A DNA stretch of 41,954 nt. It comes from a virus (lineage: Duplodnaviria; Caudoviricetes). Location: positions 1-41,954 of IMG/VR virus record IMGVR_UViG_3300037483_001211; one strand, written 5' to 3'. The notes below the pieces were generated by a model. The model saw only the letters and a program-made list of their open reading frames with translations. It was not told the DNA's origin and did not search any database. The stretch's first letter is position 1, and the number at the start of each line of letters is the position of its first letter. A program made the translations under genes and the position numbers. Positions 18,091 through 26,450 of this stretch are shown piece after piece.

Positions 18091-18470
18091 TAGTTACCCT
18101 CCTTGACCATGCCGCCGGTGGTCATTCCCCCGGCCAGCATCCCCTGGTCGCGGTCCACCAGCGCCTGGCGCGTGCGGTTCTTGGCGTCCACCACTGCCAG
18201 GGTGCTGCCGAGCTGGAAAGACCGGTCCGCCTCCGCCGCTACCTGCGCATCGGGGCTCATCCCAAAACGGGCCATGGTCCGGCCGTAAGAGCCCTGCGCG
18301 GCACCGAAACTGCTCGCGGCCTGATGCGTCGCCTCACCGATGATGCGGCCGTGCACCGCCGGATTGTTGTAGGTGTCCACCAACTCATTCTCCAGAGGGA
18401 AAAACCGCTTGACGTAATCGCTCCACTGGTCCCGGTAGATCTGCGCGAGTTTGGCGTCCGTGTTGCTCAT
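18090..18470 (-). CDS. Putative internal virion protein
   Basis: AGGAGG SD; stop/start coupled (TAATG) with the next gene; Ala/Gln-rich. Confidence 0.65.
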   Translation of the reverse strand: MSNTDAKLAQIYRDQWSDYVKRFFPLENELVDTYNNPAVHGRIIGEATHQAASSFGAAQGSYGRTMARFGMSPDAQVAAEADRSFQLGSTLAVVDAKNRTRQALVDRDQGMLAGGMTTGGMVKEGN

Positions 18471-18488
18471 GCCCGGCCTCCTTTGCCC

Positions 18489-19139
18489 CTAGTCCCTCAA
18501 ACTGTATTGCTGTTTCTGCGTGGCATTCGCCGTGCCGCGCATCAGACTGTAGTTGGCGCCGCCCGTGTCGGCCCCGTTCCACTCCATGCCGCCGGACGAC
18601 GGCATTTTGAACTTGTCCACCCCCCAAGCCGCCGCCCCGACCGCCGACCCCACCAGGCCCGCCGTCGCATCCCGCTCCGCCCGGTCGGTGAAGGCATCGT
18701 TGACGGCCTTCGAAGTCGCCATGCCCGCCATCTGCTCCATGCCGGCCTGCGCCTCGACCGCTTGGCCGCGCCCCAGCCGCACACCGCTCATCAGCGCCGT
18801 TGCGTCGGCGTTCTCCGCCTGCATGGTGCCCTCGCTCTGCGCCTTGGCCTTGGCCTTGCCCTTGCCCACCGCCAGATCCCGCATCCCGGCGGTAAAATTG
18901 CCGCCCGCCGGGTTCATGCCGGTCAACTGCTTATGCCCGCCGCCAACGGCCTGTTCCACGTCCCCGCCGATGTGCCCGGATAGCCGCTTTTTCTCCCCGG
19001 CGCTCACCCGCGACTCCCGCAGCCACTCGTCCTCGAAAGGCGCGAACACCTGCTGGTAGCGGGCGAACTGCTTCTGGGAAATATCCCCCAGGGCCTTCTC
19101 CTGCTCCGTGGCCTTCACCTCGTCCTTATTCTTGCCCAT
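18489..19139 (-). CDS. Putative internal virion / pilot protein
   Basis: Start MGKNKDEVK with AGGAGG SD; Ala/Gly/Met-rich. Confidence 0.65.
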   Translation of the reverse strand: MGKNKDEVKATEQEKALGDISQKQFARYQQVFAPFEDEWLRESRVSAGEKKRLSGHIGGDVEQAVGGGHKQLTGMNPAGGNFTAGMRDLAVGKGKAKAKAQSEGTMQAENADATALMSGVRLGRGQAVEAQAGMEQMAGMATSKAVNDAFTDRAERDATAGLVGSAVGAAAWGVDKFKMPSSGGMEWNGADTGGANYSLMRGTANATQKQQYSLRD

Positions 19140-19518
19140 CGTCCAGCCTCCTGCGATAACAGACATGCTCCAGGTCCCAGCCGGTGCGCTCGAACCCCCG
19201 CCGGGGCGACAGACACTCCACATAGCGGCAGCCGGCTTCCCGGGCGATCCGCTCCAGCTCCGGCCAGTAGCGTTCCTGCACCGGCCCCGCGCCATGGCAG
19301 GCCAGCACGTACAGGTAGGGCTCGGCGGTAAACTCGTTCTCCATCCGCACCAGGATCACAAACCCCTCCGGCGCGGTATACAGCGTCGCCTTGCCCCACA
19401 GGCACAGCGCGTAAATGTCCTCCAGCCGCCAGTCGGCGCGCATCTCCGTGCGGATTTGCTCCATCCCGCGGCGAACCGCCTCCCACGCCGTGCGAATATC
19501 GGCCCGTTCCAGCCCCAT
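19126..19518 (-). CDS. GNAT-fold-like virion assembly protein
   Basis: EGFVIL..LYVLACHG..LERIAREAGC..VECLSPRRGF pattern; heads the ejection-protein cluster as in many podoviruses. Confidence 0.6.
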   Translation of the reverse strand: MGLERADIRTAWEAVRRGMEQIRTEMRADWRLEDIYALCLWGKATLYTAPEGFVILVRMENEFTAEPYLYVLACHGAGPVQERYWPELERIAREAGCRYVECLSPRRGFERTGWDLEHVCYRRRLDDGQE

Positions 19519-19531
19519 GTTGCCCCCTCTG

Positions 19532-19549
19532 TTCACTAGGATATTGAAC
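19532..19549. promoter_or_regulatory. 18-bp motif, copy 2 (TTCACTAGGATATTGAAC)
   Basis: Intergenic, directly downstream (minus strand) of GTGACA-17nt-TAAATC. Confidence 0.6.
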
Positions 19550-19574
19550 GATTTAGCACAACATTACCAGCATG

Positions 19575-19829
19575 TCACGCGGAAACCTCCCGGTAGGCTT
19601 TGGGCAGCTGCCGCCGTTCGACCTCCGATTCCCAAGCGCTATGGCAATGGTCCCGCTGCCAGAAAAACAGGCCGTTGATGATACGGACAGACCACTTGCC
19701 AAGCGGCTTGTGCCGGTTGCGCCAAGCCCTGGCCGACAAGGCTTCATCGGCCCATCCGCGCAAGACGGCGTTTACCAATTGATCAACGGCAATGGCAATC
19801 TGCAGCCACCACTTGTTTACAGAAACCAT
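19575..19829 (-). CDS. Small conserved phage protein (DQL.NA..G..DE.LSAR type)
   Basis: AAGGAG SD; motif DQLVNAVLRGWADEALSARAWR..IINGLFFWQ.DHC. Confidence 0.7.
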   Translation of the reverse strand: MVSVNKWWLQIAIAVDQLVNAVLRGWADEALSARAWRNRHKPLGKWSVRIINGLFFWQRDHCHSAWESEVERRQLPKAYREVSA

Positions 19830-19886
19830 AATTCTCCTTTCCGCTCCATCGCCAGATCCAACGTCTGCCCCATCTCGCTCTTCCCT

Positions 19887-20402
19887 TTAGCCCCAGTCAA
19901 TAGCTGCTACGTCTTCAGCGGTTTCGGCCGCAACAATAGCCTTGGCCAGCCGCTGCCGCTTCCCGGTAATGGCCCCTGCCGCAACGCCGAACCAGGCCGC
20001 CGCGGCAATGATCTTCTGACACAGGCCGGCTTTATCCTCGCCGACAACCTGTCTTTCCGCCAATAAACTATCAACCATCGGGGTAGGAAAGGTGTTGTCC
20101 CTCTGCCAATTGACCGCCTCCATGTACTGTGCGGAGTAGGTTTCCCGCTCTTTGGGAGGATCGATAGGAAGAGCGTCGATGGTCGCGTCGTAGGCGGCGT
20201 TTATTTCCTGAAGCTTGACTGCTTTCAACTCATCAAGCGTAGGCCCTGCGGGCGCAACAACCCAAACGCCGCCTACGAGTTTACACGATTCACCCTGTGG
20301 ATCGTAGAGGGGTGGTACCTCGTCGGTGGCGAGTGCCCAACCGGTCGTGCGGGGTAGCGGGTTGCAAATATGTTCAAGAGTTACGGGGTGGTAGTAATGC
20401 AT
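19887..20402 (-). CDS. Putative tail fibre assembly/chaperone protein
   Basis: LDELKAVKLQEINAAYD..ERETY..PTPMVD..GKRQRL..AAETAEDVAAIDW pattern; downstream of the fibre/DGR block. Confidence 0.65.
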   Translation of the reverse strand: MHYYHPVTLEHICNPLPRTTGWALATDEVPPLYDPQGESCKLVGGVWVVAPAGPTLDELKAVKLQEINAAYDATIDALPIDPPKERETYSAQYMEAVNWQRDNTFPTPMVDSLLAERQVVGEDKAGLCQKIIAAAAWFGVAAGAITGKRQRLAKAIVAAETAEDVAAIDWG

Positions 20403-21379
20403 TTTGCTACTCCTAAATGTTTCAGCAGGTTATGACTGTCAGCCCAGGCCGCATGGCCGCGCCAGCTCGCCAAAAATCTTTCAAGGGCCGCGTGATCCCC
20501 GCAGGAGCGGTATCTTCTGATTTTCTTTTTGGCGCGGGCTACAGACGCAGGACGCAATAATTTATGACTTGGCCAGATCCTGTATCCCAGAAAATTCAGA
20601 CCCCTGGTCACTGGAGCGATGGACCACCGCGAAAAATCAAGCCGCATCTCGGTTTCGCAAAACCACTTGAGGTGGAAGCGGAACACCTCCAAATACTCGC
20701 GGCTATGCGCGAAAATAACCGTGTCATCCATATAGCGCAGAAAACACTTATGGTGAACCGTATGCACAAGAAGGCGGTCAAGTATGTGTCCGTAGATATT
20801 GGCGCAAAGTTGGCTGGTTAAATTACCGATCGGCAGACCGACGCCGCTTGGTGGATGAAAGAGCTCCAGTAATGCCAGGGTTCGATTGCAGGAGATTTTG
20901 CGGCGGATTTCGCGATGCAATATTGAGCGGTCGATCGAAGCGAAGTAGCTGGCCCAGTCAATTTTCAAATACCAGGCCGGGCCCGTACGGAGCATCCGGC
21001 GCATGGTCGCCTGGGCGGCAACTGCTCCTCGGTGGGTGCCCTTGCCTGGCCGGCAGGCGTAGCTTTGCGGCAAAAATACTCGTTCAAAAATCGGCTCGAT
21101 GGCTGCAACCAGGGCGTGCTGAACGATCCGGTCACGAAAAGGCAAGGCCGAGATGGCGCGTTTTTTAGGTTCGTAGACAGTAAATTGTTGTGGTGGGCCA
21201 GGAAGATAACTACCATCCCTGATCTCGTGGCTCAGCAGCACAAGGTTGGCCGCCTCCTGCTGCCTGAATAGCAAATAGCCGATAGTGCCGCGCTTACCGG
21301 CCGACGCCTTGCGGTACGCTCGCCAAAGCGCATCCAGGTCATAGACTTGATCAAACAGCCCGCGATGCTTCTTCCCCAT
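20381..21379 (-). CDS. DGR reverse transcriptase
   Basis: YEPKKRAI, FRDRIVQHA, SYACRPGKGTH, YLKID..YF.SI, GLPIGNLTSQ (DGR-type SQ), RYMDD, FLGYRI. Confidence 0.95.
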   Translation of the reverse strand: MGKKHRGLFDQVYDLDALWRAYRKASAGKRGTIGYLLFRQQEAANLVLLSHEIRDGSYLPGPPQQFTVYEPKKRAISALPFRDRIVQHALVAAIEPIFERVFLPQSYACRPGKGTHRGAVAAQATMRRMLRTGPAWYLKIDWASYFASIDRSILHREIRRKISCNRTLALLELFHPPSGVGLPIGNLTSQLCANIYGHILDRLLVHTVHHKCFLRYMDDTVIFAHSREYLEVFRFHLKWFCETEMRLDFSRWSIAPVTRGLNFLGYRIWPSHKLLRPASVARAKKKIRRYRSCGDHAALERFLASWRGHAAWADSHNLLKHLGVAKCITTTP

Positions 21380-21536
21380 GTTTCTTCCTTAAAATGCCGG
21401 CGCGGCTTTCGCAACTGCTACTCACCGTTCTCCGGACCTTGTAATGTGTTCGCCGAAGCCGGTAGGGCTAGGCTGACCACCGGGATGATGGTCCGCCGGC
21501 GGCGCCTTGGCAGCGCCGGTGGGTTTTCCTTTGGTT

Positions 21537-21640
21537 GTCACAGGCGGCGCGGAAGCCATTGTTCCAGTTCGAATTCCACGGGTAACTGTTCCAGTTCACG
21601 CACCGCGAACCCGAGTCGGTGGCGTTCGTGCGATTGCCGC
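21537..21640 (-). repeat. DGR template repeat (TR)
   Basis: 104-bp gapless match to 22062-22165; lies between avd and RT; AAC/AAT-rich in the target frame (GNRTNATDSGSRCVNWNSYPWNSNWNNGFRAACD). Confidence 0.95.
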
Positions 21641-21653
21641 TTTTGCCCCATCC

Positions 21654-22007
21654 CTACCGTTTTTGCGCTGCCTTGATCCAGGCCCCAAGCATCGCGCCGG
21701 TTTCGGCCAGGTGCACACTGGCCACCTCGTACTGGCGGCGGCTTAACAGCTTGCGGGTCGGGTCGGCCAGCAGCCGCAAAAATCCTCTTATCGTGGCGAG
21801 GCCGGCATCGGCCAGGTAGAGGCGGGAGGCCTGCCCGGACTTTGCCGCGTCATGAAACAAGCCTAGCTGCGCCAGCAAAGCCCGAAGGGTCTCGTCTCGT
21901 AAAACCCGGTGCTTGTGGCTCATATTGAGCAGCATGGGGTAGAGATAGTTGATCGCGCCTTCGTACCGTTCAACAATCGCCAGGGCTTTTTGACTGCTTC
22001 GTTCCAC
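21654..22007 (-). CDS. avd: DGR accessory variability determinant
   Basis: 117-aa basic helical protein (..LYLADAGLATIRGFLR..LLSRRQY..L.ETG.MLGAWIK) between target and TR. Confidence 0.9.
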   Translation of the reverse strand: MERSSQKALAIVERYEGAINYLYPMLLNMSHKHRVLRDETLRALLAQLGLFHDAAKSGQASRLYLADAGLATIRGFLRLLADPTRKLLSRRQYEVASVHLAETGAMLGAWIKAAQKR

Positions 22008-22028
22008 GATATTCCATTTCCTATTTCC

Positions 22029-22044
22029 GCCGGCTTTCGCCGGC
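22029..22044 (-). other. DGR target-recognition hairpin
   Basis: GCCGGC-GAAA-GCCGGC immediately after the VR/IMH, overlapping the target stop codon. Confidence 0.8.
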
Positions 22045-24053
22045 TACACAAGTTTCAGGTGGTCACAGGCGGCGCGGAAGCCACTGCCCCAGACCGAACC
22101 CCACGGGGAACTGCCCCAGTACACGCACCGCGAACCCGAGTCGGTGGCGTCCGCGCGAGTGCCGCCTAGTCGGGCGCAAACCAGCCCATAGGTCCCCTGT
22201 GTGTAAATATTGCCGCGCCCGCCCGTGGCATTTTTCCACGCCCAGGTTGCCCCGTCGTAGCGGTAGCTGGTGTCCAGCCCCCAGGCGAGATGATGGCCGG
22301 TCGCCTGTTCTGCGCCATATCGGCTGGTATAACCGGGGTTGCGCTGGGTGGTCGGGTAGGTGGCGGCGGCGCCGCCGATGGACTGACCCTCGGTTACGCC
22401 AAAAGCCATTGCCTGGAATTCGTATAGCCAGGGTAGCCGCGCACCGTAGGCGGCGGCCATCTCTGCGCTGGAATACCAATCCGGGCTGGCGTACACGGCG
22501 CTACCATTGCCGCCGTACGCGGCTGGGATTTTCGGCGCGACCGTACCACTGCAGATGTTGGTACCGGCGGCGGAGAGGCCGTCTGTGTCCGTGCCGGTGC
22601 CTGCAAAATACAGCGCCATCCAGCAGTTCGCCTCTTTAACGTAGACAAACCCTCGCTGCGCCCGCAGGTCGCTGCTCGTAGTCCGCCACTTGAGATCCCA
22701 TAACGAAAACTCGTTGATTCCCCGGATGCGGTCCACATCAGCCTGAGTCCAGATCATGCCGTTGCCGCTAGTGGCAAAGGAGCCCCCGACCACCGTTTCT
22801 GTGGGAGCGATCAGCCCGTAGTGGAAGCCGCCGATCAGCCGTGATCCGGCTGCGGGCGGGGACGCAAAGTCTGTGGTGGCCTCCGGTGTGCCGTCTGGTC
22901 GGCACCAAATGGCGTAATCGGTGCCGGCGGCCAGGGTGGGTAGTAGGATGGCGGTGGTCGTATCGAAGGCGATCACGGTCTCATCGGCCAGCAGCACCTT
23001 GACGCCGGCTTTGACCGAGAGGGTCGTTGCGCTGGTTTTTGTGAAGGCCGGGGAGTCGGGGTCTGGTTTGTGGAAGTTGGCACTCCCTCCACCAGTGGCA
23101 ACCTGACCCCAATAGCGAGTACCATCCAAGTTGCCAAGCAGTGCTTGACCGTCTTCGGCGGGAGTGCCAAGCGCAGGCTCAGCGCCGATCTGCTCAGGCG
23201 TCGATTCAGGATGACTGTGGGTGCCTACCTCCCCGATGAGCTTCGCTTCGATCTCTGCTTTAGTGATGTCGCTGTTTTTCTGTGCATCAGCGAGCGCATG
23301 TCCCGCCTGTGAATGGGCGTACGCAACATCCCAAGATACCGAATTGTCAGGCTGGATGCCGTAAACCCCCTGTGCAGTGCGCTTCAGGAGCCCGTCAGCG
23401 GTAAAGTCCCCGTCCACCACTACATCGGCGTGGCTGGTCTCGTTGGCTGCCGTGTTATCTGCGCTGGTTGGCGCATGTCCCGCCTGTGAATGGGCGTGCG
23501 CAACATCCCAAGATGCCGAATTGTCAGGCTGGATGCCGTAAACCCCCTGTGCAGTGCGCTTCAGGATCCCGTCAGCGGTAAAGTCCCCGTCCACCACCAC
23601 GTCGGTGTGGCTGGTCTCGTTGGCTGCCGTGTTATCTGCGCTGGTTGGCGCATGTGGTGATGAGACGTGCGCCTGAATGTTGGCGTTCGCCGGCTCATAA
23701 GTCCCGGTATGGTCGTGCCCTTCGGTCGCCGCGCCGATTGCTCCCGGAGTAATGACGTCGCCCTGCCCGGCAGCGTGACTGGCGGCATGGGCAGTCGGGG
23801 TCCTGGCGTCCGTCAGGCGCGTATCGTCATCGGCAACCAGTGGGTTGTCGGCCCCTATGTCGGGGGGGAAGCTCGCGGCCTGCGAGTTGGTTGGAATGTT
23901 GCCGTGCGGATAGGCTCCCTCATGGCTGGACGGCGTATAGCGGCTGTCCAGCACGGCCTGAGAGACATTGCCCGTCACGCCGCCCGGAGTCTCCACCAGG
24001 TACTCCGTATCGGCCGTCGGCGTGATATTGTTGTAACCCGAAACCGTCTTCAT
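22044..24053 (-). CDS. DGR target: tail fibre / major tropism determinant-like receptor-binding protein
   Basis: C-terminal Mtd/C-type-lectin-like region (GGFHYG, INEFSLWDLKWR, RLP..EF..AFG, GFRAACDHL) containing the VR; N-terminal fibre-like repeats. Confidence 0.9.
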   Translation of the reverse strand: MKTVSGYNNITPTADTEYLVETPGGVTGNVSQAVLDSRYTPSSHEGAYPHGNIPTNSQAASFPPDIGADNPLVADDDTRLTDARTPTAHAASHAAGQGDVITPGAIGAATEGHDHTGTYEPANANIQAHVSSPHAPTSADNTAANETSHTDVVVDGDFTADGILKRTAQGVYGIQPDNSASWDVAHAHSQAGHAPTSADNTAANETSHADVVVDGDFTADGLLKRTAQGVYGIQPDNSVSWDVAYAHSQAGHALADAQKNSDITKAEIEAKLIGEVGTHSHPESTPEQIGAEPALGTPAEDGQALLGNLDGTRYWGQVATGGGSANFHKPDPDSPAFTKTSATTLSVKAGVKVLLADETVIAFDTTTAILLPTLAAGTDYAIWCRPDGTPEATTDFASPPAAGSRLIGGFHYGLIAPTETVVGGSFATSGNGMIWTQADVDRIRGINEFSLWDLKWRTTSSDLRAQRGFVYVKEANCWMALYFAGTGTDTDGLSAAGTNICSGTVAPKIPAAYGGNGSAVYASPDWYSSAEMAAAYGARLPWLYEFQAMAFGVTEGQSIGGAAATYPTTQRNPGYTSRYGAEQATGHHLAWGLDTSYRYDGATWAWKNATGGRGNIYTQGTYGLVCARLGGTRADATDSGSRCVYWGSSPWGSVWGSGFRAACDHLKLV
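22062..22165 (-). repeat. DGR variable repeat (VR)
   Basis: 14 mismatches to TR, all at TR adenines (10 A>G, 2 A>T, 2 A>C). Confidence 0.95.
23294..23655 (-). repeat. 177-bp (59 aa) near-identical tandem duplication in the fibre gene
   Basis: Units start at 23294 and 23471, with a partial third at 23648; HAPTSADNTAANETSH...SWDVA.AHSQAG. Confidence 0.9.
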
Positions 24054-24066
24054 GATCTTTAAGCTC

Positions 24067-24303
24067 CTACCAGCGGGCCAGAATAATGTTGCCGTCGCTG
24101 CCGTGAATGAAGAACCCGCCGTCGTCGGCCAGCAGGGCTATGCACTGCAGTTCCGACAGGTCGGGCACCACCAGCAGGGGCGGCGCGAACACATCGGGCA
24201 CCACCAGCAGGGGCGGCGCGAACACATCGGGCACCAGGAACGGCGCCACTGCCACCTGGCAGGCCACCAGCAGCGGCTCCGGGATCGGCAGCATTAAGCC
24301 CAT
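24067..24303 (-). CDS. Small hypothetical protein with 33-bp tandem repeat
   Basis: LLVVPDVFAPP repeats (24161-24236); start overlaps the upstream gene; fills the gap. Confidence 0.5.
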   Translation of the reverse strand: MGLMLPIPEPLLVACQVAVAPFLVPDVFAPPLLVVPDVFAPPLLVVPDLSELQCIALLADDGGFFIHGSDGNIILARW

Positions 24304-24620
24304 ACCGCTCCCCCTTCCACCTTCACGTCGCCGTAGCGCACCGGGGAGATATAGTTATCCGGGTCCAGGGCCAACAGATACCACTTCACCCCGCTGGTCG
24401 GCAGATCGACCAGATTGACCTGCAGGACGTTGAACCACACCCTGGAACTCAGCGCCGGGTCGAGTGCCCCGGCGACGGACAGCAGTTCGGTGCCGGCGCG
24501 GTCCAAAAACTTGATCTTGAACTGCCAACTGGAAACGTCCAGCGCCGCGCCGTCGCGGGTGAAGTCCACGAACTCATGGAAATCGACGTTGGTCCGCACG
24601 GTGATTTTTTTCGGGGTCAT
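24294..24620 (-). CDS. Small beta-rich tail-associated protein
   Basis: GGAGG SD; beta-sandwich-like pattern; tail module context. Confidence 0.65.
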   Translation of the reverse strand: MTPKKITVRTNVDFHEFVDFTRDGAALDVSSWQFKIKFLDRAGTELLSVAGALDPALSSRVWFNVLQVNLVDLPTSGVKWYLLALDPDNYISPVRYGDVKVEGGAVWA

Positions 24621-24647
24621 GGTTCACGTCCTCCACGGTTGGTATGT

Positions 24648-26450
24648 CTATGCGGTAATGTCCAGTTTGCATTCCAGCACAAAAGCTATTCGGCATCTGG
24701 CACTCGCTGAAAACTTGATACCCTTCCAGCCTGCACCGGAAAAATCTCCTGTCAAATCAACATTTACTTGGTCTCCGGCATAACCAACCGGCGTTCCATA
24801 TCCGGCCCCGTCGCCATCGTCGGTACTCACGGTAATACTGGGACTGTTGCTCTCTTCATGGATGCCGAAGGCAATGGCGTGCGGGTGATTGGGCGTCGTT
24901 ACGCCATGGTAATGCTTCGAAGGACTGGGACCTGATACTTGAGCCACTACCGACCCGCTGCTTAACCCAACGCTGTAAAATCTGCCATTTGCCCAATATA
25001 GTGCGTGTTGGTTGCCGGCATAGGTCGGATTAAATGAGAAACCGTGTTGGTGCCCATTAGTAGTCCCGGTTGTGAATACCGCCCCGTCACTCGTACATCT
25101 GATCGTTTTCGATGTCTCGAAAAAATTGATGGGGATTTTATTTGTGGTGTTATTGGTGCGCGTCGCGACGATTTGGTGAGTGTGCCAATCACTATCAGCG
25201 GAATCCAAGGTAATGGATGTTTGCATATCGCTGTTGGATGGGTGGTAAAGATATAACTTCCCGTCTATAAACCCATAATACAGTCGGTCCCCGTATGACG
25301 ATACGTCTCCTGACTGAACAGTTGCACCATGAAAATGCGTTGGCACGTTGACTTGAGTTGTGCTAATAGTTGAGCCGCCGCCGCTGGAAGCTGCCGTGGA
25401 ATATCCACGATATGGCAGAACCTTCCATGACAACTTAATTGACTGGATTGCCGTCGTCTCGCTTAAAATCAAAAATGGGATTACAAGCGGGTGAGTAGCG
25501 TCAAGCGAATCCCACCCATTGTACATTAACGAGTTTCTGAGTTCCTCGTACTGACTTGCTGCTATGCTCCTTGCCGTGATCTTGTTCCCTGACATGCTGA
25601 TGATATGCGCGTCATCAACCGATAAAGATCCCATCATCGCCCGCTTGATGATGCCGTCCGCCAAATACAGATCTTTCAGCGTCAGACGCGGCACCCCGTC
25701 CACCATGGCGATCTTGAAAAACCGCTCGAAGGCAAAAGCCGCCCTGCAGGTCCAGACCAGATCCCCGTCCGTCACCGTCTCGTCAATCACTGTCGGCCAG
25801 GCCGGTTCGGTGGTGCCGGAACTGCCGCCGTCCACCGTGGCCTCGTAGCAATAACCGTTGGGCCGGGTCGGCATCACCAGATCGCCTGCGGCATAGTCGT
25901 AACTGGCCTGCCACTTCTCGGCGGCGATCTCCAGTAGATATTCCGGATCGTCCGCCGTGCTGCCAATCGTGCCGTGCACCGCATTGAACGCCCCTTCATC
26001 ACCGTTCTTGTTCACGTGGCGAATCCAGTAGTAATAGTCCACGCTTAGCGAACTGCTCGGCAGGTTCTCGTCGGCCCACATGGAGAATATCTCTCTATCG
26101 ACTTCCACCGCCTGGCCCAGGTCATCCACCTGCGCCCGCCAAATCTCCGTGTAGGCGTGCCCCTGGTAGGTCGCCGGCGTCCAAGCCAGTACGTTCTTGG
26201 CAAAGCCGCTCGTCACCTGCAACCCCGCCGCCGCTGTCGGCGCCTCCACCGTATCCGTCCCGGAACTCGAACCCCCCTCTGCGGTCGTGGTCGCAGACCC
26301 CGCCACCTGCTTTTCCACTGCCGCCAACTGCTGCGGAACCAACTGCAGCACGCTCAGGGCCGCCCGCACCGCCCGAGAAAACTCCGCCAGTTCCGCCGGC
26401 GTCGGATTGTTCGAAAGCGGTTTGATCTGCGGAAACAGCGCCTTGCTCAT
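24648..26450 (-). CDS. Tail fibre/spike protein with CBM5/12-like module and HxH repeats
   Basis: FN3-like segment (LAW..AYTEIWRA..YYYWIRHVN), WQASYDYAAGDLV module, five HxH motifs in a lower-GC C-terminal half. Confidence 0.75.
   Translation of the reverse strand: MSKALFPQIKPLSNNPTPAELAEFSRAVRAALSVLQLVPQQLAAVEKQVAGSATTTAEGGSSSGTDTVEAPTAAAGLQVTSGFAKNVLAWTPATYQGHAYTEIWRAQVDDLGQAVEVDREIFSMWADENLPSSSLSVDYYYWIRHVNKNGDEGAFNAVHGTIGSTADDPEYLLEIAAEKWQASYDYAAGDLVMPTRPNGYCYEATVDGGSSGTTEPAWPTVIDETVTDGDLVWTCRAAFAFERFFKIAMVDGVPRLTLKDLYLADGIIKRAMMGSLSVDDAHIISMSGNKITARSIAASQYEELRNSLMYNGWDSLDATHPLVIPFLILSETTAIQSIKLSWKVLPYRGYSTAASSGGGSTISTTQVNVPTHFHGATVQSGDVSSYGDRLYYGFIDGKLYLYHPSNSDMQTSITLDSADSDWHTHQIVATRTNNTTNKIPINFFETSKTIRCTSDGAVFTTGTTNGHQHGFSFNPTYAGNQHALYWANGRFYSVGLSSGSVVAQVSGPSPSKHYHGVTTPNHPHAIAFGIHEESNSPSITVSTDDGDGAGYGTPVGYAGDQVNVDLTGDFSGAGWKGIKFSASARCRIAFVLECKLDITA

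Noticed and set aside
20381-21379. RT as a retron or group II intron maturase
   Set aside because: SQ motif, avd neighbour and A-specific TR/VR identify it as a DGR RT; it is 20 kb from the intron DV/DVI
24161-24236. 33-bp repeats as a possible CRISPR array
   Set aside because: Contiguous tandem with no spacers, in-frame coding, no cas genes
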